Positions 1-9,368 of a stretch of DNA of 28,904 nucleotides are shown here, one piece after another. The stretch covers positions 1-28,904 of the forward strand of contig JAYPLD010000004.1 in NCBI GenBank assembly GCA_038129265.1, given 5' to 3'. Origin of the DNA: Crocinitomicaceae bacterium. GTDB lineage: Bacteria > Bacteroidota > Bacteroidia > Flavobacteriales_D > Parvicellaceae. The position numbers and the translations under genes were made by a program. Every line of letters begins with the position of its first letter. Within the stretch, counting starts at the first letter, position 1. The notes beneath the pieces were generated by a model. That model saw nothing but the letters and a program-made list of their open reading frames with translations, was not told the origin of the DNA and did no database searches.

Positions 1-31
1 ATTAAGGCGGTGCTATTTCCTCAAAATGGAA

Positions 32-436
32 TTATTCAAGATTGGCTTCCTGACATAATTCAACAAGAACTCCGTTAGTTGATTTGGGGTGCAAAAAACA
101 AATTAACTTATTATCTGCTCCTTTTTTAACTTCTCCCAATACCTTAAATCCTTCTTCAACTAATCTCTTCATTTCTGAATGAATATCTTCTACATGAAAA
201 GCTATGTGATGTATTCCTTCTTTACGGTTTGCAATAAACTTGGCAATGGGACTTTCTGGATTTGTTGCTTCCAGTAATTCGATTTTTGACTCTCCCATTT
301 GATAGAAGTAGGTATTCACCCCCTCAGATGGCACCTTTTCTGTCTTGTAAGGCTTAGCATTGAACAAAGCATTAAACGTACTTATGGCTTTATCAGCATT
401 AGCTACAGCAATGCCTATATGCTCAATTTTTTTCAT
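32..436 (-). CDS. mce: Methylmalonyl-CoA epimerase (VOC/glyoxalase fold)
   Basis: 134 aa. VOC metal-ligand pattern IEHIGIAV ... KIELL ... GIHHIAF ... FLHPKSTNGVLVELCQ is typical of MCE. Confidence 0.9.
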   Translation of the reverse strand: MKKIEHIGIAVANADKAISTFNALFNAKPYKTEKVPSEGVNTYFYQMGESKIELLEATNPESPIAKFIANRKEGIHHIAFHVEDIHSEMKRLVEEGFKVLGEVKKGADNKLICFLHPKSTNGVLVELCQEANLE

Positions 437-451
437 GAAAATTTCTTGTTA

Positions 452-1279
452 TTATTTTTTACTGACTACCTCTCCTGTTTTGGAGTCGTAATTCACGTAA
501 TATAATCCTTTTTCTAGGTTTTCTACGCTTATACTTTGGCCGTATCCCTTTTTAACTAGATTGCCATACGTATCGAAAATCTCATACAATGTGTTCTCAG
601 AAAAATCTAAAGATTTTTTAATTTTTGGATTGATTAACGATACCGGTGATCTTGAATCGTCTTGGAACATGGTGCTTTTTGTGGGTCTAGGTCTTCCTGT
701 GTAATCTACCTGCTTCGCTCTAAATTTATTCTGGCCCGAATGTAAATGAGATGATACACTGAACTTATAATCATTCTCTTCTTCTAAACCAGTCCCATCA
801 ACCTCACCAATTTTAACCCACTTATTCCATCTGTATTGCTCCACTATGTAAGTGAGTTTACCTTGTTCTTTCTTAGTTTTCCAATGTAATATCTGGTCTT
901 TATCTACGTTAATGGATAAATTTTCAAATGTGCTTTTTGGTCTAAGTACTTCAGGATTCAACACCTTTGGTAAACAATCGCTTTTGTGTTGAATTCTTAC
1001 ATTAACCGCATCTCCTTTTTGAATGGGGGTGTTTGAAAAGTCTATTTCGAATGCACTGGAGTTTACCTGATCTGTAGTCACATCATCGTTAATATATACT
1101 GCAATTACACAGAAACCAACACCTGAGCCGGCAAAAGGATTCTGTACGTAAAGATTTTTACCTTGATAATGCCCCTCCAAAACTACACTAGATTCATTGC
1201 TTTGAGCATTAATAGCAAGGTTTAATACTAAAACGAGGATAGTAAAAAGAGTAAGCTTTTTATTAAAATTTCTGATCAT
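452..1279 (-). CDS. Secreted hypothetical protein with Ig/Fn3-like module and probable T9SS type A C-terminal sorting domain
   Basis: ATG at 1279 preferred over the track GTG at 1300, giving signal peptide MIRNFNKKLTLFTILVLVLNLAINA-Q. LHWKT..EQ...Y.VE...W..IGEV.GTG...Y.F...G.N.FR.KQVDY.G resembles the module that precedes many Bacteroidota CTDs. Tail YEIFDTYGNLVKKG...LEKGLYYVNY..KK is CTD-like. Confidence 0.6.
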   Translation of the reverse strand: MIRNFNKKLTLFTILVLVLNLAINAQSNESSVVLEGHYQGKNLYVQNPFAGSGVGFCVIAVYINDDVTTDQVNSSAFEIDFSNTPIQKGDAVNVRIQHKSDCLPKVLNPEVLRPKSTFENLSINVDKDQILHWKTKKEQGKLTYIVEQYRWNKWVKIGEVDGTGLEEENDYKFSVSSHLHSGQNKFRAKQVDYTGRPRPTKSTMFQDDSRSPVSLINPKIKKSLDFSENTLYEIFDTYGNLVKKGYGQSISVENLEKGLYYVNYDSKTGEVVSKK

Positions 1280-1378
1280 GTAAATTTCAATATTTATCAC
1301 AATAATAATGGCTATTTTATACTTTTCAAAGTAAAGTCGTATTTGTTTTTTAGATTCAAGTTTTTCTATTCACAATTT

Positions 1379-1409
1379 TTTGAAAACTATCAAATTAAAT
1401 GTATTCTTG
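1379..1409 (+). promoter_or_regulatory. Candidate Bacteroidota sigma-A promoter for the SBP-Lacal_2735-rnr unit
   Basis: TTTG (1379-1382), 19-nt spacer, TATTCTTG (1402-1409; one mismatch to TAnnTTTG), 36 nt upstream of ATG 1446. Confidence 0.5.
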
Positions 1410-1445
1410 TACATATCGAGTAGTTAATTCAACCGTTTATTTAAC

Positions 1446-3164
1446 ATGTCTATCAAATCATATATCAGTTTCTTTTACATCACTGGATTTCTTTTATTGC
1501 TCAGTTCTTGTTTAAACGACAATTCAGATGCCATAGATAAAGATCCCGTTTTATCTGATACATCAAATCCTATGCCAGGTGGCGTACTTGAACTTATTGA
1601 AAAAGAATTTTACCGTAGTATTTTTCCTTACTCTATTGAAGAAAATATAGGATATAAAATCACATCACAACTTCACAATGGGTTATTAAAGATGAACCCT
1701 AAGTCACTCGCTATAGAACCCAATATAGCAAAGTCATGGGATATAAATGATGAGCAAACTGAATACACCTTTCACTTGAGAAACGATGTCAGATTTCATG
1801 AAGATTCTTGTTTTTCATCGCCTGAAGAATCGATTATGACGGCCAATGACGTTGTTTTTTCTTTTGAATTGATGTGCGGAGAATTTTACAATAGCGGTTA
1901 CAACTTACTCATGAAAAACCTTATTGGAGCAGAAGCATTTTATAATGATAAATGTGATTCCATTTCAGGTATTGAAGTTGTTAACGACTCTACTATTGTG
2001 TTTAAATTATCTGAGCCTGCTCCCACCATTATCTATTTACTTGCATCATCAAAAGCTTCTGTCATTAGCGAAATGGCTTATAAGGCATATGGTCATAATT
2101 TACACGTAGGAAATGGTCCTTTCACTTTTTTAAAAGTAAATACAGATAGTACTGAAATATCATTAGTAAAAAATGAAAATTACTTTAGAACAAGTGATAA
2201 TGGAGATAAACTTCCATACCTTGATGGAGTTCATATTAGAGTGGTTGAGAATGAAAAGGAACGAACTGATTTGTTTTTAAACAAAGAAGCTATGGTTCTT
2301 TTTGACATTTCTGAAAATAAAGTAGAATCCTTATTTGAATCTCATCATTCCTCTTTCGATAATGGTGTTTTTGTGGTAGATAGAAAACCTGTTATGGCAA
2401 CAGATTGTTATGAATTTAATTTGAGTCGAGCACCTTTCAATAATATCCACGTAAGAAAAGCATTTGCACACGCCATCAATAAAAAGAAACTAATTGAAAA
2501 TGTATTAAACGGTCAAGGCAGAATAGGGAACAAAGGAATTGTCCCAGTTGTTAACACCCTGAATAACTATAATTTTGACACTATACAAGGGTATGATTAC
2601 AATCCTGAACTTGCTAAAGAACATTTGTCCAAAGCAGGTTACCCGAATGGTGAAGGGTTCCCAGAAGTAGTCTTAGAATTAACATTTGGCCACCCCCTTC
2701 AAGAAAGTGTCGCTAAAGAAGTTCAAAATCAATTAAACAATACGCTTAACATATCCATCACCATCGAGGAAGAGAAAATGAGTACGCTGATTGATAGAGC
2801 AGCACATGGTAAATCCCAAATGAATCATTTTACATGGTTAGGTGAATACCCCTCTCCAATGGATTTCCTTAATGTGTTTTATGGAGGCGTTGATTTAGAG
2901 AATGACACATCATACTCATGGCCAAACACCACTAGATACAGAAATAAAGAATACGATGCTATCCTAGAGAAAGCACTCGTTACTTCGGATAAAGAAAATA
3001 GATTTAGATTGTATGAAGAAGCAGAGTCAATCCTCATGAAAGATGTTCCGGTAATTATATTGTGGTATCCGGAAGTATATAATATTATCTATGGTAATGT
3101 CCACAATTTATTCTTCAACGAAATGTTACATTTCGACTTTTCTTGCGTTTATTTGAATTCATAA
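1446..3164 (+). CDS. ABC transporter substrate-binding lipoprotein, family 5 (OppA/DppA-like)
   Basis: Lipobox LLLSS-C. SBP_bac_5 motifs IEPNIAKSW, YTFHLRNDVRFH, ANDVVFSFE, VGNGPF, VRKAFAHAIN, YDYNPELAKEHL.KAGYPNG, RFRLYEEAE.ILM.D.P.I.LWY. Confidence 0.88.
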   Translation: MSIKSYISFFYITGFLLLLSSCLNDNSDAIDKDPVLSDTSNPMPGGVLELIEKEFYRSIFPYSIEENIGYKITSQLHNGLLKMNPKSLAIEPNIAKSWDINDEQTEYTFHLRNDVRFHEDSCFSSPEESIMTANDVVFSFELMCGEFYNSGYNLLMKNLIGAEAFYNDKCDSISGIEVVNDSTIVFKLSEPAPTIIYLLASSKASVISEMAYKAYGHNLHVGNGPFTFLKVNTDSTEISLVKNENYFRTSDNGDKLPYLDGVHIRVVENEKERTDLFLNKEAMVLFDISENKVESLFESHHSSFDNGVFVVDRKPVMATDCYEFNLSRAPFNNIHVRKAFAHAINKKKLIENVLNGQGRIGNKGIVPVVNTLNNYNFDTIQGYDYNPELAKEHLSKAGYPNGEGFPEVVLELTFGHPLQESVAKEVQNQLNNTLNISITIEEEKMSTLIDRAAHGKSQMNHFTWLGEYPSPMDFLNVFYGGVDLENDTSYSWPNTTRYRNKEYDAILEKALVTSDKENRFRLYEEAESILMKDVPVIILWYPEVYNIIYGNVHNLFFNEMLHFDFSCVYLNS

Positions 3165-3337
3165 TGTTTGGATTATTTAAGAAAAAATCAAAGAAAGATA
3201 TTCTTTTAGCTAAGTACAAAAAGTTAAATGAAGAGGCTTATAAGCTCTCCCATCACGACCGAAAAGCAAGCGATCAAAAGCTAAAAGAAGCCAATGACAT
3301 CCTTGAAGAAATCAATGCTTTAGAAGAAAAAGCATAA
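3164..3337 (+). CDS. Lacal_2735 family small protein (57 aa)
   Basis: ATG at 3164 overlaps the upstream TAA (TAATG). MFGLFKKKS...L..KY.KL.EEAY.LSH.DRKASD.K..EA matches the family pattern as I recall it. The track start at 3143 is probably too far upstream. Confidence 0.75.
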   Translation: MFGLFKKKSKKDILLAKYKKLNEEAYKLSHHDRKASDQKLKEANDILEEINALEEKA

Positions 3338-5439
3338 TGAAAGATAGAGCACTTTCAAAGTCCATCATCCAAGTATTGACTCATGATGCTGAAAATGCAT
3401 ACAACTATAAACAAATTGCAGCTGTCCTTGGGGTTAAGGATCCTTATATTCGAAAAAGAATCGTCACTTTATTAGATCAACTAAAAAAAGATGGACAACT
3501 AGATGAAATCTATAGGGGAAAATATCAAATTAAAGATGGATCTCAAGAACTGACCGGGTACATTCAATTTATTAGTAAAGGGGGTGCTTTTTTCATTCAC
3601 CCTAATATTCAAAAAGACATTTACATTCACCCCTCTAATCTTAATAAGGCATTAAATGGAGATAAAGTTCTTATTAAATTAGTGTCTTTTAAAGGCAAAA
3701 GTGAGGGGAAAGTATTGAAGGTATTGGAAAGAACTAAAAAAGAATTTACGGGTATTGTAGACGGAAACAAAAATGTATTTTTCTTAATTCCAGATGATAA
3801 ATCAGCTAAAACCCACTTCTTCATCGATAAAAAGCACCTGAATGGAGCAAAAAAAGGCCAAAAAGTGAAAACGAAATTCTTGTCTTGGCCTAAACATGTA
3901 AAAAGCCCTCAAGTAGCAGTAACCGAAATTATAGGTAACCCTGGTGAGTTAAATGTAGAAATGAATTCCATTTTAGCGGAATTTGGGTTTCCATCTAGAT
4001 TCCCAAAGCGTGTCTTAAATGAAGTTGAACTTATAAAAGAACCCAATTACGCCATAGAATCTAAAAAGAGGAAAGATTTCAGAGCTAAAACTACTTTTAC
4101 CATCGATCCACATGATGCAAAAGATTTTGATGATGCCATAAGTATTGCTTTTTTAGCATCAGGTAATATGGAAATTGGTGTACATATTGCTGATGTAGGT
4201 CATTATGTTAAACCTGAATCTTTCCTTGATAAAGAGGCTCTACTTAGAGGAAATAGCGTATACCTAGTAGACAGAGTAATTCCCATGCTTCCGGAACGCT
4301 TAAGCAACGAACTTTGCTCGCTTAGGCCTCATGAAGATAAACTTACGTTTTCTGCCGTGTTTGAATTAGACCCAAATTGTAAGGTGTTATCCAGTTGGTT
4401 TGGGAAAACTATCATTCACTCCGATCACCGATTTACTTATGAAGATGCTCAAGAAATTATTGAAGGTGGGGACGGTCCATTTAAAAAGGAAATAACTCAA
4501 ATAAATAAACTAGCTCAACAATGTAGAAAACAACGCCTTTCAAATGGAGCATTAAATGTAAAGAGTAATGAAGTACGCTTCAGACTCGATGAGGAAGGGG
4601 AGCCTATTGAAACGGTACTAAAGATTTCTAAAGAAGCTCATCAGCTCATTGAAGAATTTATGTTATTAGCCAACAGAGAAGTGGCTAAAAAACTAGCTAA
4701 ACCGGAGAAAAACATCAAAAAAGGCATCAACGTATTTCGAATTCATGACAACCCAAGTGAAGAGAAATTAAATGACCTGAAATTATTTCTAACCAGCATG
4801 GGATATGAAATTGTTCGAAAAAAAAATAAACCCATTACATACTCTCTGAATAACATCATGAAAGATGCTGAAAAGAGAGGCGAACTGGATTTAATTTCAC
4901 CCATGATTATACGTGCCATGTCAAAGGCTGTATATAGTACCGATAATGTCGGGCATTATGGTCTAGCATTTGACTATTACACCCATTTTACTTCCCCCAT
5001 AAGAAGATATGCAGATTTAGTGGTCCATCGATCACTAATTGATTTTTTAGATGGACAAAAGATAAGTACAGATTCAAAACACCTCAACCACATATGTAAT
5101 CATATTTCAAAAATGGAAAAACAAGCTGTTGATGCAGAAAGAGCTTCCATTAAATACATGCAAGTTAAATTTCTAAGTAAATTTATTGGTGACACATTTG
5201 AAGGCACAATATCTGGTTTAACAGAGTGGGGGATGTATGTAGAGTTATCAGAAAATAAGTGTGAAGGAATGATTTCTTTGAAGAGTATGTCTGATGATCA
5301 ATATTTTTTTGACCCTGGCACCATGACTGTTACTGGTTATCATAGCCAAAATTCATTTAAAATGGGGCAGGAAGTAAAAGTTAGAGTCAAAAAAACTAAT
5401 CTTTTTAAGCGACAAATTGATTTTATTCTCGAAGATTAA
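3337..5439 (+). CDS. rnr: Ribonuclease R
   Basis: N-terminal HTH, two cold-shock domains, RNB catalytic TIDPHDAKDFDDAIS, YTHFTSPIRRYADLVVHR, C-terminal S1 domain. Confidence 0.96.
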   Translation: MKDRALSKSIIQVLTHDAENAYNYKQIAAVLGVKDPYIRKRIVTLLDQLKKDGQLDEIYRGKYQIKDGSQELTGYIQFISKGGAFFIHPNIQKDIYIHPSNLNKALNGDKVLIKLVSFKGKSEGKVLKVLERTKKEFTGIVDGNKNVFFLIPDDKSAKTHFFIDKKHLNGAKKGQKVKTKFLSWPKHVKSPQVAVTEIIGNPGELNVEMNSILAEFGFPSRFPKRVLNEVELIKEPNYAIESKKRKDFRAKTTFTIDPHDAKDFDDAISIAFLASGNMEIGVHIADVGHYVKPESFLDKEALLRGNSVYLVDRVIPMLPERLSNELCSLRPHEDKLTFSAVFELDPNCKVLSSWFGKTIIHSDHRFTYEDAQEIIEGGDGPFKKEITQINKLAQQCRKQRLSNGALNVKSNEVRFRLDEEGEPIETVLKISKEAHQLIEEFMLLANREVAKKLAKPEKNIKKGINVFRIHDNPSEEKLNDLKLFLTSMGYEIVRKKNKPITYSLNNIMKDAEKRGELDLISPMIIRAMSKAVYSTDNVGHYGLAFDYYTHFTSPIRRYADLVVHRSLIDFLDGQKISTDSKHLNHICNHISKMEKQAVDAERASIKYMQVKFLSKFIGDTFEGTISGLTEWGMYVELSENKCEGMISLKSMSDDQYFFDPGTMTVTGYHSQNSFKMGQEVKVRVKKTNLFKRQIDFILED

Positions 5440-7496
5440 TTTTTAATAAACGATTTCGTTTGAATAGCCTTGTTTTCATGGGATATCTTAACATGATAAA
5501 ACCCTGATTTTAATGTTGTTATATTTAAAGGGACCGTAAAGTCATTAATTTCAGATCGTTCCATAACTGTTCTCCCAGCGCAATCAACAACTAAAATTTG
5601 ATCCATTTTTTCTTCAGATAAAACCCGTAATTCGTTCTTTGCAGGATTTGGATAGATAGTTGTTTCCACGGGTTGCATGTCACTCAGAGATGTAGTGTTG
5701 TTATATGATATATTGATGTTATCTATATAGAGGTCATTACCTCCCCCAGAAATAAATTCCAGTTTGAATCTAAAATTAGAAACACACATATTTCCAACTA
5801 GACTAGAAACTGAAGCTTCTTTCCATTCCGAAAAAGTAGGTATGAAGTTGGACTGAATTGGGGCTGTTTCTAATGAGCTTGTGGGAATCACTTTTCTTAC
5901 CGACCATGTCTTACCACAATCATTAGACCCCAAAACTTTTAAACGATCCGTATTTTCATAGCTTCTTTTAGCAAAAGCATATCGAAATGTGAAATAGGCT
6001 TTAGTCGTATCGCTTACGTTGATGGTTTTACTTTCAATCTCATGTTTAGTCCCACTGATTAGGCCGCCAACTCCACCATTATTCACTTTTATGCAATAAT
6101 TTCCATTGTAAGAGGTTTCGTTTGTAAGTTCCCAGTTTCCGATGTTAGAAATCCATTCTGGGTTAGTTATGGTCGTATTTTCAAACCCTTCAAAATAGGG
6201 GAGAGAAACCCCATCATAATCCATCACCACAATCTGATCGTTTTTTTGCTCTGTAAGAAACGAAAGGCTATCTCCACTTGAAGACAATTCCACATCGTAT
6301 AACCCTGGACTTCTGTAAGTGACATAAACTTCTTCAAGATTAGAAGTGTCTGGATCACCTCCTTCAAATGACCAGCTCCAAGCAACTGGATTATGATATG
6401 AATAATCTTCAAAATAAAGACTATCACCCGTGCATGTAATGTATCGATCGGCAAAAAAATCAGCAGAGCAAAAAGGTGGAGCAACGTCAATTCCCGTAGC
6501 AGCTTGATTTTGTGGTGTTATTAAATTGTTCCTTCCCCCAACATTAGACAGAAGAGCTGTGCGCATTCTTGCTTTTTGTCCAGCTGTAAACATTTTTCTA
6601 CAACTACTGTATTCCATGTGATTTTCAATATTTGATCTCGAACCACATGTGGTCTCATTATAATTACACCATGTTGATCCAATGGTGTTAGGTGTGTCGC
6701 TTACGCCATCATCCATGTTGCAATTAGATGCAATTCCAGGTTCATTTGAGCTACCCCAAGTGTGGGGTAGATTTAACCAATGGCCTACTTCATGAATAAA
6801 CGTTCTTGAACGATACAATGACCCGGTACCGATGCTCCCACAATAGTCATGTCTTAACCATATCCCGTTGGCCATAGAAGTGCCAAACCAACCTGAAGGA
6901 TAATACGTGTATCCCGCTATTCCTGCCCCTACTGCTCCACAAACAAATACATTTAAATATTCATGGCCCGACCAATTTCCTTGATATACATCATTGGACA
7001 TCATTACTGCGTCAACCTGGTCATCGCCATTTATATTCCCCGTGTTAAACGAATACGGAGATTCTGTGTAAGTAATTCCACTGAAACAAGTTCCATCTGG
7101 GGCTTTGGTGGCCAAAACAAATTCAATTTCATTATCTGCTGCTATATTAACAAATGCAGAATCTATAGTAGAAGTATCTGGATCTAACAGTCGTAAATCT
7201 CGATTTAAAATAAACAGCGCATCCAAAATTTGGTCTCTATCAATTTTTTCTTCTCCATTATTATGTACCACATGGAATACCACTGGAATAGTGTATACAA
7301 CTCCCTTACTACCTGAATACAAATTAGTTAATGAATCTAGATGCGTTTGCTCTTTTAAATGTAACTTTTGATAGGCACTACTTTTAAGAAGTTTATCTTG
7401 AAGCACTTGCTGGCCGCACCAAATAGGAGAAACCTGTGTATGAACACAAATAAAAAGGCACTGCATCAACAAAAAAATGGTAACTAATTTTTTCAT
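5436..7496 (-). CDS. M43 (pappalysin/ulilysin-like) zinc metalloprotease with PKD domain and T9SS type A CTD
   Basis: Signal peptide, propeptide WCGQ, YTIPVVFHVVH, zinc motif HEVGHWLNLPHTWG, Met-turn NHMEYS, PKD (WSWSFEGGDP...Y..PGLYDVEL), CTD IYPNPAK...SGFYHVKI...KSFIKN. Confidence 0.9.
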   Translation of the reverse strand: MKKLVTIFLLMQCLFICVHTQVSPIWCGQQVLQDKLLKSSAYQKLHLKEQTHLDSLTNLYSGSKGVVYTIPVVFHVVHNNGEEKIDRDQILDALFILNRDLRLLDPDTSTIDSAFVNIAADNEIEFVLATKAPDGTCFSGITYTESPYSFNTGNINGDDQVDAVMMSNDVYQGNWSGHEYLNVFVCGAVGAGIAGYTYYPSGWFGTSMANGIWLRHDYCGSIGTGSLYRSRTFIHEVGHWLNLPHTWGSSNEPGIASNCNMDDGVSDTPNTIGSTWCNYNETTCGSRSNIENHMEYSSCRKMFTAGQKARMRTALLSNVGGRNNLITPQNQAATGIDVAPPFCSADFFADRYITCTGDSLYFEDYSYHNPVAWSWSFEGGDPDTSNLEEVYVTYRSPGLYDVELSSSGDSLSFLTEQKNDQIVVMDYDGVSLPYFEGFENTTITNPEWISNIGNWELTNETSYNGNYCIKVNNGGVGGLISGTKHEIESKTINVSDTTKAYFTFRYAFAKRSYENTDRLKVLGSNDCGKTWSVRKVIPTSSLETAPIQSNFIPTFSEWKEASVSSLVGNMCVSNFRFKLEFISGGGNDLYIDNINISYNNTTSLSDMQPVETTIYPNPAKNELRVLSEEKMDQILVVDCAGRTVMERSEINDFTVPLNITTLKSGFYHVKISHENKAIQTKSFIKN

Positions 7497-7557
7497 AAGC
7501 GCATTAAATTATAAAAAAAGAAGGTTGTTAGTTCATTTGTTCTTCAGAATTCCGAAG

Positions 7558-8277
7558 CTATGTTAATTGTATAAAATCTTCACTAATTAGTGGTTTACCC
7601 TCATATCTCCTAAATAATTGAATGGTTGCCACCACATCTTTTTCACAATAAGATACAATACGTTCTAAATGTTGATCCTCATAATATACCTTAGCCACCA
7701 TGCTTCCATCAATATCATCTTTGGGAGTAGGAATATCAAAGACGTATGTCAGTAAATCTAATGAGGTGTAATTTTTGTAATCCCCAAATTTCCATTGTTC
7801 CATGGTATCGATGTGCTTTATCTCCCATGGCTTTTTACCTGCAATATTTAATAAAAAAGGAAGTTTTAGTCCATTTATCAAAATTCTGCGACATAGAAAA
7901 GGGATATCAAATTCTTTTCCGTTATGTGCGCACAACATGTAATCAGGGCTAGCGTAATAACTATCTAAAAGATCTATAAATTCTTGTAATAGCTTTTTTT
8001 CTTCTGTAGAAGATATGCTCTTAATTCTAATTTGTTCCTCACCATCCTTTTGAAGCACAAACCCCATTGAGATACATACTACCTTGCTAAACTCAGCATA
8101 AATACCCGCTTTTTCATACGTTTCTTCAGCTGTTAGATTATCTCTTTCTTGAATGTATTTACTTTTCTTATCCCATAATTCTTTTCCCCTCTGATCAAGG
8201 TCATTAAAATCATAAGTTTGTGGAACTGTTTCAATGTCAAAAAATAATATTTTACTGTAATCTATATTTTTAAACAT
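7558..8277 (-). CDS. Stand-alone 3'-5' exonuclease related to the PolB proofreading domain (DEDDy)
   Basis: ExoI FFDIETVP, ExoII AHNGKEFDIPFL, ExoIII YCEKDVVAT. No polymerase domain (239 aa). Confidence 0.85.
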   Translation of the reverse strand: MFKNIDYSKILFFDIETVPQTYDFNDLDQRGKELWDKKSKYIQERDNLTAEETYEKAGIYAEFSKVVCISMGFVLQKDGEEQIRIKSISSTEEKKLLQEFIDLLDSYYASPDYMLCAHNGKEFDIPFLCRRILINGLKLPFLLNIAGKKPWEIKHIDTMEQWKFGDYKNYTSLDLLTYVFDIPTPKDDIDGSMVAKVYYEDQHLERIVSYCEKDVVATIQLFRRYEGKPLISEDFIQLT

Positions 8278-8281
8278 CCCT

Positions 8282-8671
8282 TTATTTAATCATAACTCCC
8301 ATCTTATTCATCAATGGTAATTTAGTTTTATTTTCAATAATGATGGACTCTGGTAAAAATATATACTTTTTATCATGAATCACATTGTCTAAATAATACG
8401 TTAATAAAAACTCATTAGTCAACCCAAACACATCTTTACTCATCATCTCAATTTTTTGATACGATTTTCCCATTACCGTTCCCAAATAATGGCTAAAAAA
8501 AGTAGTTTTTTTAGGTTTTTCATGAATTGTACCATAGCCCTTAGAAGAGATCAATACATTTTCCAGCGAGAAGGAATTTTGATTTATTAAATACGCATAC
8601 CATTCTTCGGATTCTTTTACAATAGCTATGGCTATATTAGAAACTACAGGAATATGAATGTCTTTCTTCAC
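8282..8671 (-). CDS. Conserved Bacteroidota hypothetical protein (129 aa)
   Basis: GTG start 1 nt after the lipB stop. MKKDI.IP.V...IA.V...W.AYLIN...LE.VLI.S.GYG pattern recalled from Bacteroidota hypotheticals. Fills the operon gap exactly. Confidence 0.75.
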   Translation of the reverse strand: MKKDIHIPVVSNIAIAIVKESEEWYAYLINQNSFSLENVLISSKGYGTIHEKPKKTTFFSHYLGTVMGKSYQKIEMMSKDVFGLTNEFLLTYYLDNVIHDKKYIFLPESIIIENKTKLPLMNKMGVMIK

Positions 8672-8672
8672 C

Positions 8673-9368
8673 CTAAGTATTCAATTTAAATTGAAACTGG
8701 GAAGACAAATGATACATTAAGCGTTCTTTAACCTCACTCATATCTATTTTTTTTCCTAACTCATTTTGCATAGATGTCACCGCTTTATCCTCAATACCAC
8801 ATGGTACTATATGGCTAAAATATGAGAGATCGGTATTTACATTAAATCCAATTCCATGCATGGTTACCCATCGACTAGATTTTACCCCTAAAGCACATAT
8901 TTTTCTGGGGTTCTTTTCTCCCACCCAAACGCCTGTAAATTCTTCTATTCTATAACCCAGAATTCCATACTCTGCAATGGTTTTAATGACTGCCTCTTCT
9001 AAATATCTTAAGTACTTATGAATGTCCGTAAAAAAATGGTCCAAATCAAAAATAGGATACACCACCCATTGTCCAGGGCCATGGTAGGTGATGTCTCCCC
9101 CTCTGTTAATAGGGTAATAATCTATTTTCTTTTCTGAAAGGTCAGTTTTACTAAGAAGCAGATTATCTTCTGATCCGCTTTTTCCTAGTGTATACACGTG
9201 AGGATGCTCACAAAAAATAAGGTGATTTTCTGTATCCTTATACGAAGCTGGTTCTTTCCTGTTTTTTATTTTTTGTTGAACAGTAGCTTCGAAAAGCCTT
9301 GTCTGATAGTCCCAACACTGCTTATAATCTATAGATCCTAACTCATGAAGATTAACAGCGCGGTTCAT
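8673..9368 (-). CDS. lipB: Lipoyl(octanoyl) transferase LipB
   Basis: CEHPHVYTLGK, RGGDITYHGPGQ, KICALGV, HGIGFNVN, IVPCGI. Confidence 0.95.
   Translation of the reverse strand: MNRAVNLHELGSIDYKQCWDYQTRLFEATVQQKIKNRKEPASYKDTENHLIFCEHPHVYTLGKSGSEDNLLLSKTDLSEKKIDYYPINRGGDITYHGPGQWVVYPIFDLDHFFTDIHKYLRYLEEAVIKTIAEYGILGYRIEEFTGVWVGEKNPRKICALGVKSSRWVTMHGIGFNVNTDLSYFSHIVPCGIEDKAVTSMQNELGKKIDMSEVKERLMYHLSSQFQFKLNT

Noticed and set aside
1-78. Plus-strand open frame IKAVLFPQNGIIQDWLPDIIQQELR-stop overlapping the mce 3' end
   Set aside because: It could be the tail of a convergent gene, but another plus frame is also open to 58 and a third has TAA at 3-5. Not resolvable at the window edge.
299-505. 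68-aa plus-strand ORF
   Set aside because: Antisense shadow over mce and the next gene; no motifs.
1320-1333. TACTTT-TC-AAAGTA inverted repeat in the first divergent gap
   Set aside because: 6-bp AT-rich arms are expected by chance in this composition.
1924-2109. 61-aa alternative-frame ORF
   Set aside because: Inside the SBP gene; no family signal.
3627-3824. 65-aa antisense ORF
   Set aside because: Shadow of rnr.
6745-6800. M43 zinc motif HEVGHWLNLPH has Asn instead of the usual Gly
   Set aside because: All three His ligands, the Glu and the Met-turn are present. As recalled, the variant is common in Bacteroidota M43 proteins, so it is not evidence of inactivation.
6224-7952. Short ORFs 6224-6490, 6963-7187, 7105-7371, 7746-7952
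   Set aside because: All nested in or antisense to the M43 protease or exonuclease; low-information translations.
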